In this document: positions 10,877-21,361 of the stretch, piece by piece
How the letters are laid out: every line of letters begins with the position of its first letter
Position numbering within the stretch: position 1 is the first letter of the stretch
Assembly: GCA_965206645.1 (NCBI GenBank)
Contig: CBDBKE010000004.1
Span: 992,001 to 1,056,000, forward strand
Source of the DNA: Terriglobia bacterium
GTDB lineage: Bacteria > Acidobacteriota > Terriglobia > JAJPHL01 > JAPKYU01
Direction: 5' to 3'
Length of the DNA: 64,000 nt
Program-made: the position numbers and the translations under genes
The notes under the pieces: model-generated
Database searches by the model: none
What the model saw: the letters and a program-made list of their open reading frames with translations, nothing else
Told to the model about the DNA's origin: nothing

Positions 10877-11455
10877 TCAGACTCGGATCTTCCTCATCTC
10901 TTCCGCATAGTACTTGCGATAGAGGATGTCCCACTCCTGGCTGCCTTCCGGAATCGCGCGTTTCTGGGAAAGGATTTTCTGGCGGGCGCTGCGGTCCATC
11001 TTCTCTTCCGCGCGGAACAACTCATTAAACAGGCGAACGATTTCCAGCCGCACGTCGTTCTTCTCACCCAGCAGTTCCACCTCTTTGCGAAGATTAGCCA
11101 GCGTGTTGACCAACACGTGGGAGAGTTTGGTGATCTTGTCGTGGGAAATCCGGGTGCTCTCGTCGCTGTCGCGGACCGCGGCCGCCACCACGCCGCGCTC
11201 TTTCATCAGTTGCCGCTTCACCCGTTTGAAGCTCTCGCCGTAGGAGGCGCCGGTGGAGCGCATCGAGCTGGCGTAGCGCTCCAGAAGCGCGCGCACTTCG
11301 TCGTTGAGCCGGTCCTCAGCGCTGAGTTCATTGGTGACCGCCTCGCGAACCTTCTGGCTGACGATTTCGGGAGAGCCCAGTTTGAGGTGACTTTTAGCCA
11401 GTCGGGCGATCAACTCGCGGCAGACATACGCAACATAGTCGCGAGTGTAAAGCAT
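10877..11455 (-). CDS. DUF507 family protein (tandem domains)
   Basis: C-terminal IPEGSQEWDILYRKYYAEE motif. Confidence 0.85.
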   Translation of the reverse strand: MLYTRDYVAYVCRELIARLAKSHLKLGSPEIVSQKVREAVTNELSAEDRLNDEVRALLERYASSMRSTGASYGESFKRVKRQLMKERGVVAAAVRDSDESTRISHDKITKLSHVLVNTLANLRKEVELLGEKNDVRLEIVRLFNELFRAEEKMDRSARQKILSQKRAIPEGSQEWDILYRKYYAEEMRKIRV

Positions 11456-11687
11456 AGCTCATAAAACATTCTAGCACAAAACCGACGCACGTACCGGAGC
11501 TCGGAAGCTGAGACGTAGTGTTGCGGAAGCCAGCGCGGCGCTGGCGGGAAAGAGGAGTCGCCACGTGGAACATCGGGCGGAACATCAGCGAGCAGAGACG
11601 CAGAATCGGTGACTCGGCGGTTTCGGAAACCGCGAGTTGCCTTTGGAATGCTGGGCCTCGTGTTCGGACGGCGAAGTTACCGCCTCC

Positions 11688-11723
11688 GCTCACTTCGGCG
11701 CTCACTTAGGCGCTCACTTAGGC
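11688..11723. repeat. 12-bp tandem repeat x3 (GCTCACTT[C/A]GGC)
   Basis: Seen directly; spans the peroxidase stop codon. Confidence 0.85.
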
Positions 11724-12793
11724 AAAGACGGTGGCATGATCGCGTAGTCCACGTCCAGCGCGTGCAGGAAAGCCAGCAGATCTGCCCTCTCCTCCTTGGT
11801 TAGCTTCACCGGCTCGAGGTTGGTGCGGTCCAGGTACTTGTTCTTCTTGCCGCCGCGGAGCATCAAGTCCACTGCCTTTTCCAGAGTGGCCACGCCGCCG
11901 TCGTGGAAATAGGGAGCCGACTTGCTGACATCCAGCAGCGTCGGGGTCTTAAAGGCGCCCGTGTCCTTTTTCTCCTCGGTCACCTTGAAGCGGCCCACGT
12001 CCGGTTTCCGTTTTCCCATGCCGATGCCAACATTGTGGTATTGCAGATCGGTCAGCAGCAGGCCGTCGTGGCAGTTGGAGCACTTGGCCTTCTCGCTGAA
12101 AAGCTGCCAGCCGCGGCCGGCCTCCTCGCTGAAGGCGGATTCGTCGCCGGCGCGGAACCGGATCCAGGCGGACTTGTCACTGACAATGGTGCGCTCGAAG
12201 GCGGCGATGGCCTTGACCACATTAACCGGAGTGGCTGGGTCGTCGAACACCTTCATGAACTGTTCCTTGTACTCCGGGATTTCGTTCAACTTCGCAGAGA
12301 TGTCCTCGACGCTGGGATGCTCGTCCTTGCCCGAGGCGCCCATGTTGCCGCCTCGCCAGGCAGCCATCGCCTGGGCCTCCAGCGACTTGCTACGGCCGTC
12401 CCAGTAGAATTCGCTGTGGTAGCCGATGTTCCAAAGGGTCGGGCTGGCTCGCGACAGCTTTTTCTCGTAGGCGCCGATGGCGGTGGGCTTCCCGTCGGTC
12501 AGGCCGTGCTCCTTCAGGTGGCAGGAATAGCAGGCCCGCGAGCCGTCGCCGCTCAGGCGCTGGTCGTAAAAGAGTTGCTTGCCCAGCGCCACCTTGGCCG
12601 GGGTCATGCGATTGTCGGTGGGGACGACCATCTTCGCGTACCCGGCGATTTCCGGCCACTCCACCTTCTCCTCCACCGGACGCGTTGGCGCCTTCGGCGC
12701 CGGTTGACAGCCTGTGAGCGCGACCAGCCAGGCAACCGCTGTCAGCAGCGCCAGGATCGAATGGATCAAGCGAGTTGATCTTGCCGGTTTCAT
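11714..12793 (-). CDS. Di-heme cytochrome c peroxidase (MauG/CcpA family) lipoprotein
   Basis: CYSCH and CSNCH heme motifs, LFYDQRLS, FKTPTL, APYFHDG, lipobox LTGC. Confidence 0.93.
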   Translation of the reverse strand: MKPARSTRLIHSILALLTAVAWLVALTGCQPAPKAPTRPVEEKVEWPEIAGYAKMVVPTDNRMTPAKVALGKQLFYDQRLSGDGSRACYSCHLKEHGLTDGKPTAIGAYEKKLSRASPTLWNIGYHSEFYWDGRSKSLEAQAMAAWRGGNMGASGKDEHPSVEDISAKLNEIPEYKEQFMKVFDDPATPVNVVKAIAAFERTIVSDKSAWIRFRAGDESAFSEEAGRGWQLFSEKAKCSNCHDGLLLTDLQYHNVGIGMGKRKPDVGRFKVTEEKKDTGAFKTPTLLDVSKSAPYFHDGGVATLEKAVDLMLRGGKKNKYLDRTNLEPVKLTKEERADLLAFLHALDVDYAIMPPSLPK

Positions 12794-12970
12794 AACTCCT
12801 CCTTTTCGGCAGCAGCCTCTCCCGCCATGCCCGGCATTCTAAGACTTCCCCCTCGCAGTAGCAACATCTAACGTGCGGCCAGGCGTGCGGCCAGGAAAGC
12901 TGCTGTCCCTAGAAACCTGTTAGGCTATAATTGCCCGTCGCAAACTACGCCTGTTGGTTCGAGGTTCGCC

Positions 12971-14782
12971 GTGCGGTTCTTCTGGAGTCCCCTTCTGCTG
13001 GCGTGTTTCTGCTGTGCCATGACAACCCCGCTGGCCGCTGCTGATCGCGAGTTCGCCGCCCTGGCCCAGAGCTTCCTGGAAGAGGTGCTGGCGCTGTCTC
13101 CCACCTCCGCCACCCACGTCGGATTCCATCGCTACCAGGATCCGAAAACGGGCCGCGAAGTCCAGCTCGATGAATTGCTGGAGGACATGAGCCGCAAGGG
13201 ACTTGCAAAGCAGCGCACCGCGCTCAAGCGCTACCGGCAACGATTCCAGAAAGAGGTGAAGCGCGAAGCGCTGAATGCCGAGGACCGGGCCGATTACGAC
13301 CTGATCCAGGACCAGATCGCCCTGAGCCTGCTCGAGCTGGAGACGATCCAGAACTACCGCCACAACCCGACCGTCTACGTGGAGCTGGCCGGGACTGCGC
13401 TGTTCCTGCCCATGGTCCTGGAGTATGCACCCAAGCAGGAGCGCTTCCGGCACATCATCGCCCGCCTGGGCCGCATTCCGAATCTGCTGCGCCAGGGTCG
13501 GAAAAACCTGGTGGACACCGACCCAATCTATACCAAGGTCGCCCTGGAAGAGAACGAAGGCAACGTAGCATTGGTCGAGCAAGCGATAGCCTCGCAGGTG
13601 CCGGCAGAGCTGAAGGCCCGCTACGACGCCGCAGCCGCCCCGGCCCTGAAGGCGTTTGAGGAGTTCAGCCGCTTTCTTAAGGACGACCTGGCCCAGCGCT
13701 CGACTGGCACCTGGCGCCTGGGCAAGGAAAAATACAGGGCCAAGCTGCGGCTGGCTCTGCAAACCGATCTTTCTCCCGACCAGGTGCTGGCCGGCGCGGA
13801 GGCGGAACTGCGCCGGCTCCGCGCCGAGATGTTGCGCGTGGCGCTGCCCCTGCACAAACAGATTTACTCCGGACACCCCGACCACGCGGACCTGAAGGGA
13901 AAGGAGCGCGAAAATGCGGTCATCCGCGAGGTATTGGACAAGGTCGCCGAGGAGCATGCCGCCGCTGACCGGCTCAAGCCCGACATCCTCCGGCAACTGG
14001 CCGAGCTACGCGCCTTCGTGCGCCGCAAAGACCTAGTCACGCTTTCTCCGCGGGATAACCTCCAGGTCATTGACACGCCCCAGTTCATGCGCGGCATCTA
14101 CGCGGTAGCCGGCTTCCAGCCTGCCCCGCCGTTACAGCCGGAATTGGGCGCCTTCTACTGGGTGACGCCCATTCCTTCCGACTGGCCGAAAGAGCGCATC
14201 GAATCCAAGCTGCGCGAGTACAACAACTACATGCTGCGACTGATCACGATCCACGAGGCCATCCCTGGGCACTACATCCAGTTCGAGCATGCCAATCAGG
14301 TCCAGCCCAAGACGCGCCGACTGCTGCGTGCCGTGTTTGGGAATACGCCCTACGTGGAAGGTTGGGCCGTCTACATCACTCGCGTTCTGGTGGAAGAAGG
14401 CTACCTTGCCGGGCCGAGCGGGAAGGTCAACCCGAAGCTACATCTGACTCTTCTAAAAGGAGAACTACGCGCCATCGCCAACGCCATCCTGGACGTGCGT
14501 ATGCACACGCGAAACATGAGCGACCAAGAGGCGATGGATTTGATGATCGAAGACACCTTCCAGGAGCGCACCGAAGCCGAGCAAAAACTGCGGCGCGCCA
14601 AGCTCTCCTCCGCGCAATTGCCCACCTACTTTGTGGGACTCCGGGAATGGCTGCGGCTGCGAGAGGAGATGCGTGCTGCCACGGGCGATGCCTTTTCCCT
14701 GAAGCACTTCCACGATCGGGCGCTGGCCGAAGGGGCGCTCCCGATGCCCACCTTACGGCGTCTACTGCTGTCTGACGACTAG
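12971..14782 (+). CDS. DUF885 family protein
   Basis: HEAIPGH, YVEGWAVY, FHD motifs; signal peptide. Confidence 0.93.
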   Translation: MRFFWSPLLLACFCCAMTTPLAAADREFAALAQSFLEEVLALSPTSATHVGFHRYQDPKTGREVQLDELLEDMSRKGLAKQRTALKRYRQRFQKEVKREALNAEDRADYDLIQDQIALSLLELETIQNYRHNPTVYVELAGTALFLPMVLEYAPKQERFRHIIARLGRIPNLLRQGRKNLVDTDPIYTKVALEENEGNVALVEQAIASQVPAELKARYDAAAAPALKAFEEFSRFLKDDLAQRSTGTWRLGKEKYRAKLRLALQTDLSPDQVLAGAEAELRRLRAEMLRVALPLHKQIYSGHPDHADLKGKERENAVIREVLDKVAEEHAAADRLKPDILRQLAELRAFVRRKDLVTLSPRDNLQVIDTPQFMRGIYAVAGFQPAPPLQPELGAFYWVTPIPSDWPKERIESKLREYNNYMLRLITIHEAIPGHYIQFEHANQVQPKTRRLLRAVFGNTPYVEGWAVYITRVLVEEGYLAGPSGKVNPKLHLTLLKGELRAIANAILDVRMHTRNMSDQEAMDLMIEDTFQERTEAEQKLRRAKLSSAQLPTYFVGLREWLRLREEMRAATGDAFSLKHFHDRALAEGALPMPTLRRLLLSDD

Positions 14783-14957
14783 CCTGCCGATCAGCGACCC
14801 TCCCGTTGTGCGAGGGGCTGGTGAACATGGCCGCCAGTGCTGCCTCCCGGCCACTGGCCGCCATCGTTGCAACAGACCTCAGCTTGAGCCAGGGAACGAC
14901 CGCACAGGGGGTCGGATGCCTCCCAAGAAGCCCTAAGAGCAGATGCTCAGCCTGACG

Positions 14958-17441
14958 TCAAAAATCGAACAAATATGTGAACTTGGCGATCAAGGCGCGA
15001 TCCAGGGTGTGGCGGCGGGTTCGGGGGGTAAAGAGAGGGCCGTCGTGAGGGTCAAAGCCAGTGGTATCGAACCGGGTGGTATAGACCACGAAAAGCCCCG
15101 TGTTGCTGGTTCGCAGCAACGCGAAACGGATATTGGCCCCAATCTGATTGATTGCACTGTTGTATTGGATAAGAGATTGGATGTAGCTCTTAGGCGTAAA
15201 GGAGTAGTTAAACTGAAGGATTGCCAGATGAGTGGTGAAGTCGCCCACCGGCAAGGTGACGTCATTGCGAATGTAGCGTGTGGAAAGTAGGAATTTGTCT
15301 GTGGAGCGAATTCCGGTCCTGAGATTGAGCGTCTTGATGTGGCCCGAGTAAAACTCTCCCCAGGAATAGTCAGCTCCGGCAAACAGACGTGCACTCTCGT
15401 CCGACTCCAGGGTGAGAACCCAATTGTTAAACTTGTAAGTCTGCACGGGCAAGATCACCTTGGGGGAAATCTCAAAAGGTTCGAAAATTTGTTCAAGATT
15501 CTGATTGTAAGCCAGCCCGACGGAGCTTCCATTCTGGAAGAAAACCCGAAAGTCGTTGTGGCGGAACACGGACTCCGGTTTGCCGTCGAACCGGTAAAAT
15601 CCTCGCCAGGAATGGTGGGGCCAGAACCGCCGAATCAGGCGGCTGTTCTTGGGGTGGGGGCTGAAAAAAACGGCGTAGGAGGGCTTGCGATAGCCCACCC
15701 GGCGGACAAATCCTACCTCTGGATTAAAGTCCTCGCCGACCTCCGTGTAGCCCGCTTGCCAGTCTAGCAAGTCTGAATCGTATCTAACCTCCGAACTGGC
15801 TGCATGATCACGACCTTGCAGGCCAGGCGTCTGCGTTTTTGCTAGATAATTAAAGAGAGTCAGGTGCTTACCCAGCCCAACGTTGGCGTCCACCCCAAGG
15901 GTTCGGTTAAAACCACTAGTGAAAGTTGAACCAGCGTCTCCACCGGTGGCACTTTTATTGATGGCCAGTATTCCTATCGAGCTCCGCGTCCCGAATTCCC
16001 GGGCCAGGCGGGCAACGGTGAAGTTGTTTGCCGGCGCTACTCCTGCTTCGGCTTCCGTTTGCATGTTGAGGAAACCGATGTTGTACCGCTGGTGTTTGCC
16101 GGACACTCGAACGCCGCCCAGAATAGGGATCTGAACTCCCGATGGGTCGATCCCAATCCGGCGGCTAAAGAAAAGTTCCACTTCGCGAGGGGTCCCCACG
16201 TTAAAATAGCCGGCATTTTCCAAAAAGAAGGAACGCTTTTCAGGAAAGAAAAGGTCAAATCGGGTTAGGTTGATCTGTTCCTCATCCACCTCCACCTGCG
16301 AAAAGTCGGTGTTAGCGGTTACGTCCAGGGTAAGGCTGGAGGTCAAGGTGTACTTTAGATCCACACCAATATCGCGGACCGCTTGGTTCCGGGCTGGACC
16401 CTGCGAGAAGTCCTGTTGAAAGCCGCCGATGAGGAAGGGAATGATCTGGAGATTGCGTCGGAATCGAACATCCAGGCCGTGTAGCTCACCGGCTAGAGAA
16501 ACGCGGTGGAGTTGAAAGCCTCGCGAGACCGGAGCCCAAAAACTCTGCTCATTTTTTCGGCGAACGTTGCGTCTGAAATTAATACCCCACACCTGATCTG
16601 ACCCCGAATCATAGCGAAGAGTACGAAAGGGGATGGCAAACTCGGCTTCCCAACCCCGTGTGGTGATCTGCGCCCGAACCTTCCATACCCCGTCCCAGTT
16701 AAGGTTAAAGGATGAAGCCCCTCCTCGCTGCGCGCCGCCGAACCCGCTCCCCCCGCTGCCGCCAGCCCGGACCGGTCCACCGGTACCTCGACTCTGGCCT
16801 CCGTGAACAATCTGAGCGTCATATTCAATGCCGGAGGGGGTCGTAGCGAAGATGTACCCGTTCTGATCGTCGTTATACGTATCAAGCAACATTTCAAAGG
16901 AGTCGGTCTCTTCCAGCAAGCCATCCCGCCGTGCTTGAGTAGAGACGATGGATTCCGGCTCCGAGTCAAAACAGATCACGGCAACATAGAGCGTGTCTTG
17001 CGTGTAACCGATCCGCACTTCCGTGCGTTCCGTTGCGGGTTGCCCCTCATCGGGGAGTTGCTGCACATAATCGGTGGCTGGCTCCATCCGCATCCATTCC
17101 TCGTCCACGAACCCATCGAGCCGTGGAGCTGCGTCGAGTCGATAGGCTGTCATCTGGGGCAATGTCCTCGCCCTCGCCGCGTCGTTCTGCGCCCACAAAG
17201 GTGGTCCGATAGCCAAGAGGCAACAAGCGAGCAATCGGGCAGACGCTCTGACCCACCACCTTTCGGTGGCGGAACCTTTGGGAAAGAGATGCGCTACGAC
17301 AAAGTGAACAACACGTCTGTGCAGTAAAACTCTAAAGGCTATGGGACGCGCCCACTCTGCAACTCGGCACGCATCTTCTAAGGATCGGGGTAGCACTCGC
17401 AAGTGAGGTAGCGATGTCTCTTTCCTGCCAAAACTTCCCAC
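14958..17441 (-). CDS. CBM9/DUF5916 outer-membrane protein (true start probably ~17310)
   Basis: GWEAEFAIPFRTLRY, NTDFSQVEVD, FFPEKRSFFLE, terminal YLFDF. Confidence 0.88.
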   Translation of the reverse strand: MGSFGRKETSLPHLRVLPRSLEDACRVAEWARPIAFRVLLHRRVVHFVVAHLFPKGSATERWWVRASARLLACCLLAIGPPLWAQNDAARARTLPQMTAYRLDAAPRLDGFVDEEWMRMEPATDYVQQLPDEGQPATERTEVRIGYTQDTLYVAVICFDSEPESIVSTQARRDGLLEETDSFEMLLDTYNDDQNGYIFATTPSGIEYDAQIVHGGQSRGTGGPVRAGGSGGSGFGGAQRGGASSFNLNWDGVWKVRAQITTRGWEAEFAIPFRTLRYDSGSDQVWGINFRRNVRRKNEQSFWAPVSRGFQLHRVSLAGELHGLDVRFRRNLQIIPFLIGGFQQDFSQGPARNQAVRDIGVDLKYTLTSSLTLDVTANTDFSQVEVDEEQINLTRFDLFFPEKRSFFLENAGYFNVGTPREVELFFSRRIGIDPSGVQIPILGGVRVSGKHQRYNIGFLNMQTEAEAGVAPANNFTVARLAREFGTRSSIGILAINKSATGGDAGSTFTSGFNRTLGVDANVGLGKHLTLFNYLAKTQTPGLQGRDHAASSEVRYDSDLLDWQAGYTEVGEDFNPEVGFVRRVGYRKPSYAVFFSPHPKNSRLIRRFWPHHSWRGFYRFDGKPESVFRHNDFRVFFQNGSSVGLAYNQNLEQIFEPFEISPKVILPVQTYKFNNWVLTLESDESARLFAGADYSWGEFYSGHIKTLNLRTGIRSTDKFLLSTRYIRNDVTLPVGDFTTHLAILQFNYSFTPKSYIQSLIQYNSAINQIGANIRFALLRTSNTGLFVVYTTRFDTTGFDPHDGPLFTPRTRRHTLDRALIAKFTYLFDF

Positions 17442-17462
17442 GCAAACGTTTTATTGCGCAAA

Positions 17463-17495
17463 CAGTTTATTGACAGTTTATTGACAGTTTATTGA
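17463..17495. repeat. 11-bp tandem repeat x3 (CAGTTTATTGA)
   Basis: Seen directly; spans the MBL gene stop codon. Confidence 0.85.
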
Positions 17496-18358
17496 ATGAT
17501 CCGCTTTCGAGAGAGACTCCGGTGAATAGTGTCAATCCATCGGTCGGTTGGAATAAACCCGGTACCCCAACGCTCCCATTTCTCGGGCAGTCCTTCCACC
17601 TGGATTTGAACGAGGCTTTTCCCCGCAGCCATCCGCTGCCGAATGACGTCCCTCGTCTCAACCAGCATGCGATGATAGGTTTTTAGATCATTCGCCGTGG
17701 AAATTGACCCGTGGCCGGGAATGATCTTCACATCGGCGGGAAGTTGACGGATCACCGCCTCAATATTCCTGATGAGGCCCTCGACGTCTCCTCCACTGTC
17801 TAGGTCAACGAACGGGAACCGCCCGGCGAAAAAATCGTCCCCCATGTGAACGACATTCGATCCGGTGAAGAACATGACAGTATCGCCATCCGTATGCCCA
17901 TGTGGAAAGTGGATTGCCTTGATTTCCTCGCCGTTGAAGTGAACCGACAGAGATTCATCGAACGTAATCACGGGCCAAGCCTCTTTTGGCTTTGTCATCA
18001 GGCGTTTTCGAACGTTGGCATGAGCAATGATCGGAGCTTCTGGCCCAAACACCTCGTTCCCACCCGCGTGATCGCCATGGAAGTGAGTATTGAGGACGAA
18101 TTTGAGTTCGCCACCACCAATATCGCTTAGAGCCGCCCGGATTTTGTCCGCCAACGGGGCGAACTTGTCATCGACGATGAGAATCCCATCTGCGCCGACC
18201 GAAGCCCCGATGTTTCCGCCTGTCCCATTTAACATGTAAATATTGCCTCTCACATGGGTAGCTTCGATCTCCACCTTGGAGAAGTCTCGCTGGGCCAATG
18301 CTAGGCCCATGCTGAGAACAAGAAGCCACAGGAGCATGCTCAAGACAGAGTTTTTCAC
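17489..18358 (-). CDS. MBL-fold metallo-hydrolase (secreted)
   Basis: THFHGDH, GHTDGD, MGD, IPGHG motifs; GTG start with AAGGAGG RBS. Confidence 0.92.
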   Translation of the reverse strand: MKNSVLSMLLWLLVLSMGLALAQRDFSKVEIEATHVRGNIYMLNGTGGNIGASVGADGILIVDDKFAPLADKIRAALSDIGGGELKFVLNTHFHGDHAGGNEVFGPEAPIIAHANVRKRLMTKPKEAWPVITFDESLSVHFNGEEIKAIHFPHGHTDGDTVMFFTGSNVVHMGDDFFAGRFPFVDLDSGGDVEGLIRNIEAVIRQLPADVKIIPGHGSISTANDLKTYHRMLVETRDVIRQRMAAGKSLVQIQVEGLPEKWERWGTGFIPTDRWIDTIHRSLSRKRIIQ

Positions 18359-18538
18359 AGGTTCCTCCTTGCACGTACAGTCGCCCCTCTTGGCCGGCCT
18401 TCGCTTAGTTAGGTTGGGGATTGCCATGTTACGCCCCACCCTCTAGCAAGTCAACGCGCAGGTTTTGGACCAATGCGATTCGATTCCGAGCCACGATGCC
18501 ATCCAGAACGGGCCATGGTGATCTGAGTTCTAGTTTCC

Positions 18539-20196
18539 CCCGGATTTCCGTTTTGAAACTCCAAAGCTAACCTTATACTGACCTCTGACGCCAATATTTA
18601 TGCCGGTTCCAGCGTCAATACAGCTTCCGGAGGTAGAAACCGAGTGGGTGAGAGGCAAAATCAGCCCTTTCAGTTCTCTTTCAATGCTGCATTGAAGGTC
18701 GATTTCCAGGGGTCGCGGGTTACTTCCGACGGCGGCCTGATCCTCGTGCGCGAATCAGACGAACATTTGGGATTCGGAGAACTCATCAAACAGCACTTGG
18801 CCGATCCTCGGAGAAAGAACACACGGTTGCCCTTTGCTGACCTCCTGCGCCAGTCCGTGTACAGCCGCTTGGCGGGTTACGAAGATATGAATGACGCGGA
18901 ACGGCTCTCTCAAGATCCGACGTTCCGGCTGATCGGTTCAGAAAAGATCTGGGAGCGAGGAGCCGCGTTGACTTCCCGGCTGCAATCGTTCGAGACAGAA
19001 CTACTGACGCAAGATGAGAACCTGGCTGGTTTGGCAGCGATCAACCGGGATTTAATCGCCAGGGCGGAAGCTATGGATTCCCCGCAACGGGTGGTGCTGG
19101 ACATGGACTCGACCGAGATTCCGGTCTACGGCCAGCAGGAGCAGAGTGCCTACAACGGGCATTTCGAGTCGAGCTGCTATCACCCGTTGTTGCTGTTCAA
19201 TCGCGAGGGTGACTGTCTGGCGGCCAAGCTGCGACCGGGCAACGTGCACAGCGCCGAGGACTGGAAAGAACTTCTCCTGCCGGAGATCGAGCGGCAGCAG
19301 CAGCTGGGCAAGGAAGTGGTGTTTCGTGCCGACGCGGCCTTTGCCAAGCCGGAGATTTACGAGGCTCTGGAGGAGCGGGAGGTAAAGTACGCCATCCGCA
19401 TCCCGGCTAACGACAGCCTACAGCGGGACATTGAGGAGTTGCTGACTCGGCCGGTGGGGAGACCCAGCAAGAAGCCGTTGGTGGAGTTCAAGGGCTTTCT
19501 ATACCAAGCGGCCAGTTGGAAGACAGCCCGCAGGGTGGTGGCCAAGGTGGAGCATCATCCAGGGGAGCTGTTCCCGCGAGTAGGGTTTATCGTTACGAAC
19601 TTGACTCTGCCAAGTCGGGCGGTGATGCGGTTTTACAACAAGCGGGGGACAGCGGAGCAGTGGATCAAAGAAGGAAAGCAAGCAGTGAAGATGACGCGGC
19701 TCAGTTGTCACCGGTTCCGGTCGAACGAGGTCCGGCTGTGGCTCACCATCATTGCCTATAATCTCGGCAACCTGTGGCGGCGACTGGTGCTGCCACAGAG
19801 AATCGGGAACTGGTCCCTGACGAGCTTGCAACAGCGGTTGGTGAAAACGGGAGGACGGCTGGTGAAACATGCGCGATATTACTGGCTTTTGCTGGCCGAA
19901 GGGCACTTGAGCCGGAGGCTGTTCAGCAGCATGCTGCGAACGATCTCGGCACTGCCGCTGCCAGACGGCTAGCGAACCGGGAGAGAGGGTAATTTTAGGT
20001 GCTCAGAAGTGGTCGGGCCGGATAAGTGTCAGCGGCGCGGCAGGCTGGGCAGGCGAACCCCGCACAGCGACTCCGAAGAACAGCCAAAATGTGCCGCACT
20101 ACCACCTCAAAGAGGCCAGAGCTGTTTGCGGTTGACACGACAGGGTACGAGGCATAGCTTTTCGGGTGAAGAGGAAGCTCGAAATGGAAATTCCGG
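18539..20196 (+). mobile_element. IS1380-family insertion sequence
   Basis: Imperfect terminal IRs CCCGGATTTCCGTTTTGA / TCGAAATGGAAATTCCGG flanking the transposase. Confidence 0.85.
18644..19972 (+). CDS. IS1380 family transposase
   Basis: TSDGGL, LDMDST, RADAAF, YNKRGTAEQWIKEGK DDE motifs. Confidence 0.95.
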   Translation: MGERQNQPFQFSFNAALKVDFQGSRVTSDGGLILVRESDEHLGFGELIKQHLADPRRKNTRLPFADLLRQSVYSRLAGYEDMNDAERLSQDPTFRLIGSEKIWERGAALTSRLQSFETELLTQDENLAGLAAINRDLIARAEAMDSPQRVVLDMDSTEIPVYGQQEQSAYNGHFESSCYHPLLLFNREGDCLAAKLRPGNVHSAEDWKELLLPEIERQQQLGKEVVFRADAAFAKPEIYEALEEREVKYAIRIPANDSLQRDIEELLTRPVGRPSKKPLVEFKGFLYQAASWKTARRVVAKVEHHPGELFPRVGFIVTNLTLPSRAVMRFYNKRGTAEQWIKEGKQAVKMTRLSCHRFRSNEVRLWLTIIAYNLGNLWRRLVLPQRIGNWSLTSLQQRLVKTGGRLVKHARYYWLLLAEGHLSRRLFSSMLRTISALPLPDG

Positions 20197-20256
20197 TTGA
20201 CATGGCTGCTGGCGTATGGTTTTGTAGGCGAAGGAGAAACTCAAACCAGAATTCCG

Positions 20257-21225
20257 ATGAAAGCGGTCCGAGTTCACAAGACTGGCGGTCCCGAAGTTCT
20301 TCGGTTGGAAGAGGTGCCCGATCTCTCGGCAGGTCCGAAGGACGCGGTTGTCAAAACCGAAGCCGCCGGCGTGAATTTCGTCGATATTTACTTTCGCACC
20401 GGGCTTTACAAGTCTACCTTGCCTTTTACCAACGGCCAGGAGGGAGCCGGTGTTATCACGGCCGTCGGCACCGAAGTCACCGACTTCCAGCCCGGGAACC
20501 GCGTCGCGTGCGCCGGCGTGCTCGGTTCTTATGCGGAGTACAGCGTGGTTCCTGCCGCTAAGCTCGTCAAGCTCCCGAAAGCAATCGACACCCGGACGGC
20601 GGCAGCGGTCATGCTGCAGGGCATGACGGTTCACTACCTGACGTATTCTACCTTCCCGCTCGAGAACGTCCACACCGCTCTGGTCCACGCAGCAGCCGGC
20701 GGTGTGGGCCTGGTCCTTGTCCAGGTGGCAAAAATGCGCGGTGCGCGCGTCATTGGGACCTGCTCGACTCCAGACAAAGCCGCGCGCGTTCGCCAAGCAG
20801 GCGCGGACGAAGTTATCCTCTACACTAAGCAAGACTTCGTCGCTGAGGTCAAGCGTCTTACCGATGGACGAGGCGTGGACGTCGTGTACGACTCGGTCGG
20901 AAAGGCAACCTGGGAAGGGAGCCTGAATTGTCTTCGGCCCCTTGGGATGTTGGTCTTTTTCGGCAATGCCAGTGGTCCGGTGCCTGGCATCGAGCCGCTT
21001 ACGCTGGGTGCCAAGGGTTCCCTGTTTCTGACCCGACCGAGCCTGGTTGACTACATAGCAACACGAGAGGCGCTGCTTGAGCGCGCCTCGGAGGTATTCG
21101 ACTGGGTAAGTTCAGGGAAGGTGAAAGTCCACATCGGAGAAACCTATCCTCTGGCGGAGGCTGCTGAGGCGCATCGTCGCCTGGCGTCGCGCCTGACTAG
21201 TGGTAAAATCCTCCTCCTTCCTTAG
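20257..21225 (+). CDS. qor: NADPH:quinone oxidoreductase
   Basis: GVNFVDIYFRTGLY, HAAAGGVG, VYDSVGK, GSLFLTRPSL. Confidence 0.9.
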   Translation: MKAVRVHKTGGPEVLRLEEVPDLSAGPKDAVVKTEAAGVNFVDIYFRTGLYKSTLPFTNGQEGAGVITAVGTEVTDFQPGNRVACAGVLGSYAEYSVVPAAKLVKLPKAIDTRTAAAVMLQGMTVHYLTYSTFPLENVHTALVHAAAGGVGLVLVQVAKMRGARVIGTCSTPDKAARVRQAGADEVILYTKQDFVAEVKRLTDGRGVDVVYDSVGKATWEGSLNCLRPLGMLVFFGNASGPVPGIEPLTLGAKGSLFLTRPSLVDYIATREALLERASEVFDWVSSGKVKVHIGETYPLAEAAEAHRRLASRLTSGKILLLP

Positions 21226-21361
21226 TCACGTCTCAAGCGTTAATTGCCTACAACAGGCCAATGACTGAAGAGGGTGAGGTTGACTCCCCAGCCGCGCGGC
21301 ACGCAGACTAGTTTAGGCAACAGAAACCCAGGAATCTCTGGCGGAAGGTGGAGTGTCTTCT

